Shown: in pieces, positions 60,601 to 64,000 of the stretch
How the letters are laid out: each line of letters starts with the position of its first letter
Numbering within the stretch: the first letter of the stretch is position 1
Assembly (NCBI GenBank): GCA_973895155.1
Contig: OZ316898.1
Coordinates: 9,561,761 to 9,625,760, forward strand
From: Marsupella aquatica
Taxonomy: Eukaryota > Plantae > Marchantiophyta
Direction: 5' to 3'
DNA length: 64,000 bases
Notes under the pieces: model-generated
Database searches by the model: none
What the model was told of the DNA's origin: nothing
Seen by the model: the letters and a program-made list of their open reading frames with translations, nothing else
Program-made: the position numbers and the translations under genes

Positions 60601-62249
60601 CATTGACGTTGACCAAACTTCAGACTACACAACTACAGTTGTTGGTGTACAATATCTCCAATCATGAGATCTCTCCGTTTTTTGGCTTGAAAGATGAAAT
60701 TTCAGTGTTCAACATAAATAAAACTTTACTAGCACATCACGAGTCAAGGTAACTGAATTCCTCTCTCACAGAATACTTCGAACCAATAAGTTGGTCGGTC
60801 GTCTGCTCTATGAATTCTTTCACTCAAAGGAAGATGAATCACCTCGTTCCATTCCTTTCCCAGGGATAGCCTTGGCCACACAGGAGCTTTAGGGTCCTTG
60901 AACTGAAAGGTATTGGAGACCGCTTCCAGAACAGGCTGATCATAAAAACAAAGCGGGAAACAAAATTCAGCGCTTAGAGATCATTTTGTTAATTTTCGGA
61001 ATGTTAGATTAGGACAGACTCTTGTAGAAATGTATCCTACTCACAACGCCTCTATCGATGCATCATCACAGCTCGAAGAGTCGACAGGAGACTGAAATAG
61101 TTTGGAGGTCAAACTAAGGAGGCTAGGAAAAAAGGAAGAGGTGTGAGCAGCTCACATTGGTAACACCACCAGAAAAGAAACCAAAAGCATAATCATAGCG
61201 CTGATTGATGACCAAGAATGTGAGGCTCCCTGAGCCTGTCTTCACGTAATTCGAAGAAGAGTAGTTGGCGTATTGGAACTGCATCCAAACGAGCCAGAGT
61301 CACCAGTGAGAATATAGTAAAAGCCATCTTTACCAAGATGGTAGAAGGGCCTTCACCCGCAATTCAAACCCGAAAGTATGAGCCTACAGCCTAGCTCGTC
61401 AAGATAAAGCTACCTTGATAGGTGCGTTGCAGATAAAAGGGGCAGCGTCGTTTGCAGTCGTCAGGTTCTGATCCTGAAGGCATTCGCCACCGCTGTAATT
61501 GCAAGTTCAGAGGAACTGCAACGTTATAATCGCGAATCATAAATGTGATTAATAGTAGATTGGCTTAGAATTGGCCGCATGCACAAAACATTCGTCCGAT
61601 TGCAAAGTTGGGTGAAACCCAGGATTCCCGAAACGCATTCAACATAGGACCTTCAGCTGCCCGGTGCGGAGTCTAATCCCAACCATCGGACAGACTCAAA
61701 GTCCCACACGTGCAGCACAGTGGCTTAGCGAAGTGATTAATGTGAAAGGGATACTTACTCGAATTTTGCTGGGCTGAACAGCGCAACCCAGTCACTAGCA
61801 GCGGCACCTGATTTCTTCGTGTAGCTTACTGTTACCCATTCCTGTGTCTCCCCCTAAAATTTCCACAACATACAAACAAAAAAATTAATCTGAGTAGTTA
61901 ATGAGCAGTCCCAAGCCAAGAGGCTCGTCTGGGTACTAAACACATCACTAAACAAAGAGGTGAAGAGACTGGCATGGAGCTCGATAAGTCTGTCAGCAAG
62001 GAAGTCTCCAGATTTTCTTGGTCTTACATTGGCACCGAGAAGATTAGGAGTTGCTGTGATGCTGACGTTGGTACTCATAGAAGTCAGTTGTCGATGAAGG
62101 TGGATGGTGGACAGAGGTTGACCCTCATCATATCTGGGCTTCAGAGAATAGCGAGTCGTCGCCTTGGCGTCTCCTCCGTGCACCAGAAAAGTCACAAGAA
62201 GAATGCCTATGGTCACACCCATGAGCGCCATTCGAACTGACCAACCCAT
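57639..62249 (-). CDS. Purple acid phosphatase / nucleotide pyrophosphatase-phosphodiesterase (PAP1/24/27 group), 12 exons, 642 aa
   Basis: Exons 62249-62028, 61853-61759, 61492-61414, 61278-61156, 60935-60843, 60594-60462, 60315-60234, 60093-59958, 59687-59482, 59198-59073, 58691-58382 and 57962-57639, all GT-AG and in phase (1929 nt). Signal peptide present. Metal-binding motifs GDMG, GDIVY, GNHE, VAHR and GHVH are intact; INQR, PRL, GWRDPG and DSGGECG are also present. Confidence 0.95.
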
Positions 62250-62972
62250 GCCGTCGATCTACCTGCAAGGAAGCGTCCAAGTAGCCCCATCGGCCATCTT
62301 TCCATCAAATCATGAAGCTCATTCAAAATTTAACTCGCTCGCCATTGCCAAAATCTACGAAGCATCATCTACTTAATCTCGATCAAACCTGCTACTAAAA
62401 TAGAATGCGGCCGGATCCCGTCAAATGCTTCCTCCATTGTATTCGATCGTAGTGCTTCTCTTAGATGGTTTGCTCTCAAGGGAAAATATGAGCAACATGC
62501 TCTGTACTTCAAAGGGTGTGTAGCCCGTTTAGCAAGTCGCTATAAATTGCAAGTTTCTAGCTAGAAACTTGCAATTCAACGGAACGGGAAGGCTGGATTT
62601 CGTGCACCGTAATGGCATTGCAATCGGCCTCCATTTCTACACCTTTCCGTGCACATTGTGACCAGTGAAATGATTTTCTAATTCTTTGATCGAACCCCAG
62701 TTTTAGGTCTTAAGGGCAACTGCTACTCTGACTGTACTCAGCTATTATAACTTCTTCCGCAATAACTGCTTGCCATTTTCTCTCTTTCAGTCTAGCACTA
62801 CAGTAGTAGATACGGACCTCCAATATAAGTGGCCCACTGATTTGACAGTCTAGTTCTAGTCACATACTTTGCAAAGCTTAACACGATGGTCGAGACGCTC
62901 GATGTTCCTTCTCTCTCAATTAAGAATTGTTTAAGAAATCATTTGCTGTAGTCAGCTACAATATCAGAAGTA

Positions 62973-62974
<2 letters not shown>

Positions 62975-63006
<32 letters not shown>
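62975..63006. repeat. (TC)16 microsatellite
   Basis: Read directly from the sequence. Confidence 0.95.
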
Positions 63007-63008
<2 letters not shown>

Positions 63009-64000
63009 ACTGCATGCCGAGCAGTGATCTAAGGCAATCATCCTTGGATTGGCATTAGAGCTGGACAGCAATTGGTCCACAAAGAGTCTGCAACTGTCCA
63101 ATTTGAATGTCGGTGCACGTACAGCTCATCAAAGCTCAACTTCTACCAAAAGAATGATGAACCAGGAGTGGTCGAGGGTGAGAACTGATGCCATGACAGA
63201 GTTTTAAATGAGGTACTAAGGGGCACCAATTTTTAAAAAATTGTCAGCCCCGCGGCCTTCGCAGCGCCGAAAATCTCAGCCGAACTTCTCGGTACAAAGC
63301 ACGAATCTTTGTTAATATCAACTGAGGACAGATTTGGAATCTCATCATTAACGTAAACTCCGGAATCTCACCATTCACGACAATTTGATACAACCCAAAC
63401 AAATTCAACGCAGCAATAATCTATTAAACTCCTAATTAAGAAGCACAGACTAGATTGTCCCTCACCGAGCTGGACTTTCAAACATATGAACCAAGTCTGC
63501 TCGATCCTCCAGTAGACTTGCCTTGACGGTCGATAAAAAATCACTACACTGTCGGAGATCTGACGTGCGACGGCGAAGCTAAAATCGACTCATTGGAAGG
63601 CATGCTTTGATCTCATGTTCAGAGCATCAAAGCCACTGCAACTTCCGACTTCTCTCAATCAAGCCCCCAAATTCAATTTAAGTACACTCAACTCAATTCA
63701 AATCAATTCTAGCGGCAAATTTCAGAATGAGTCCTCCTATGCACGAGCTTGGCGAAGCCCGAGCTCGATCTCAACGGTACGAAGCAAAGTCTACTACTCG
63801 GGATTTCCAAATTCTAATCCGAACTCCGAAATCAGACGTAGGAATCCCACTCGAAGGGTTTACTTATCCTGTACTTCTGTTGGAAGTTAGTCAGAGGAAT
63901 ACCGTACTCGAGAAAATGGGAACACAGTCCGTAAAGGGCCGTAGAGGGGACGTACAGAACGCCTTTTCCTGGTACCTGACTATGCATGTCAACAGGAGAC

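Overview
Eukaryotic nuclear DNA from a land plant, most likely a bryophyte such as a liverwort. The evidence is GT-AG spliced plant genes, a P-class PPR gene and a bryophyte-like mitochondrial cob insertion. The left third is transposon-rich: a defective intron-containing autonomous Helitron (Rep-PIF1 helicase, minus strand, 5' TC end at 12251), a long-inverted-repeat element and a frameshifted RPA-like gene. The most unusual content is a divergently oriented gene pair. One is an RD receptor-like kinase (29426-32211) whose ectodomain combines a ricin-B-type lectin module with a DUF642/galactose-binding-like domain. The other is an intact, diverged, secreted ectodomain-only paralogue (19094-20416). 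Further along lie an intronless tandem pseudo-GTPase/GTPase gene, a Copia remnant, a PPR gene, a cob NUMT, an intronless GC-rich gene of a fungal multi-pass membrane protein family (candidate horizontal transfer) and a 12-exon purple acid phosphatase. Several MITEs, a 213-bp mini-Helitron and tandem repeats are also present. All family assignments are from motif recognition by eye; no searches were run.
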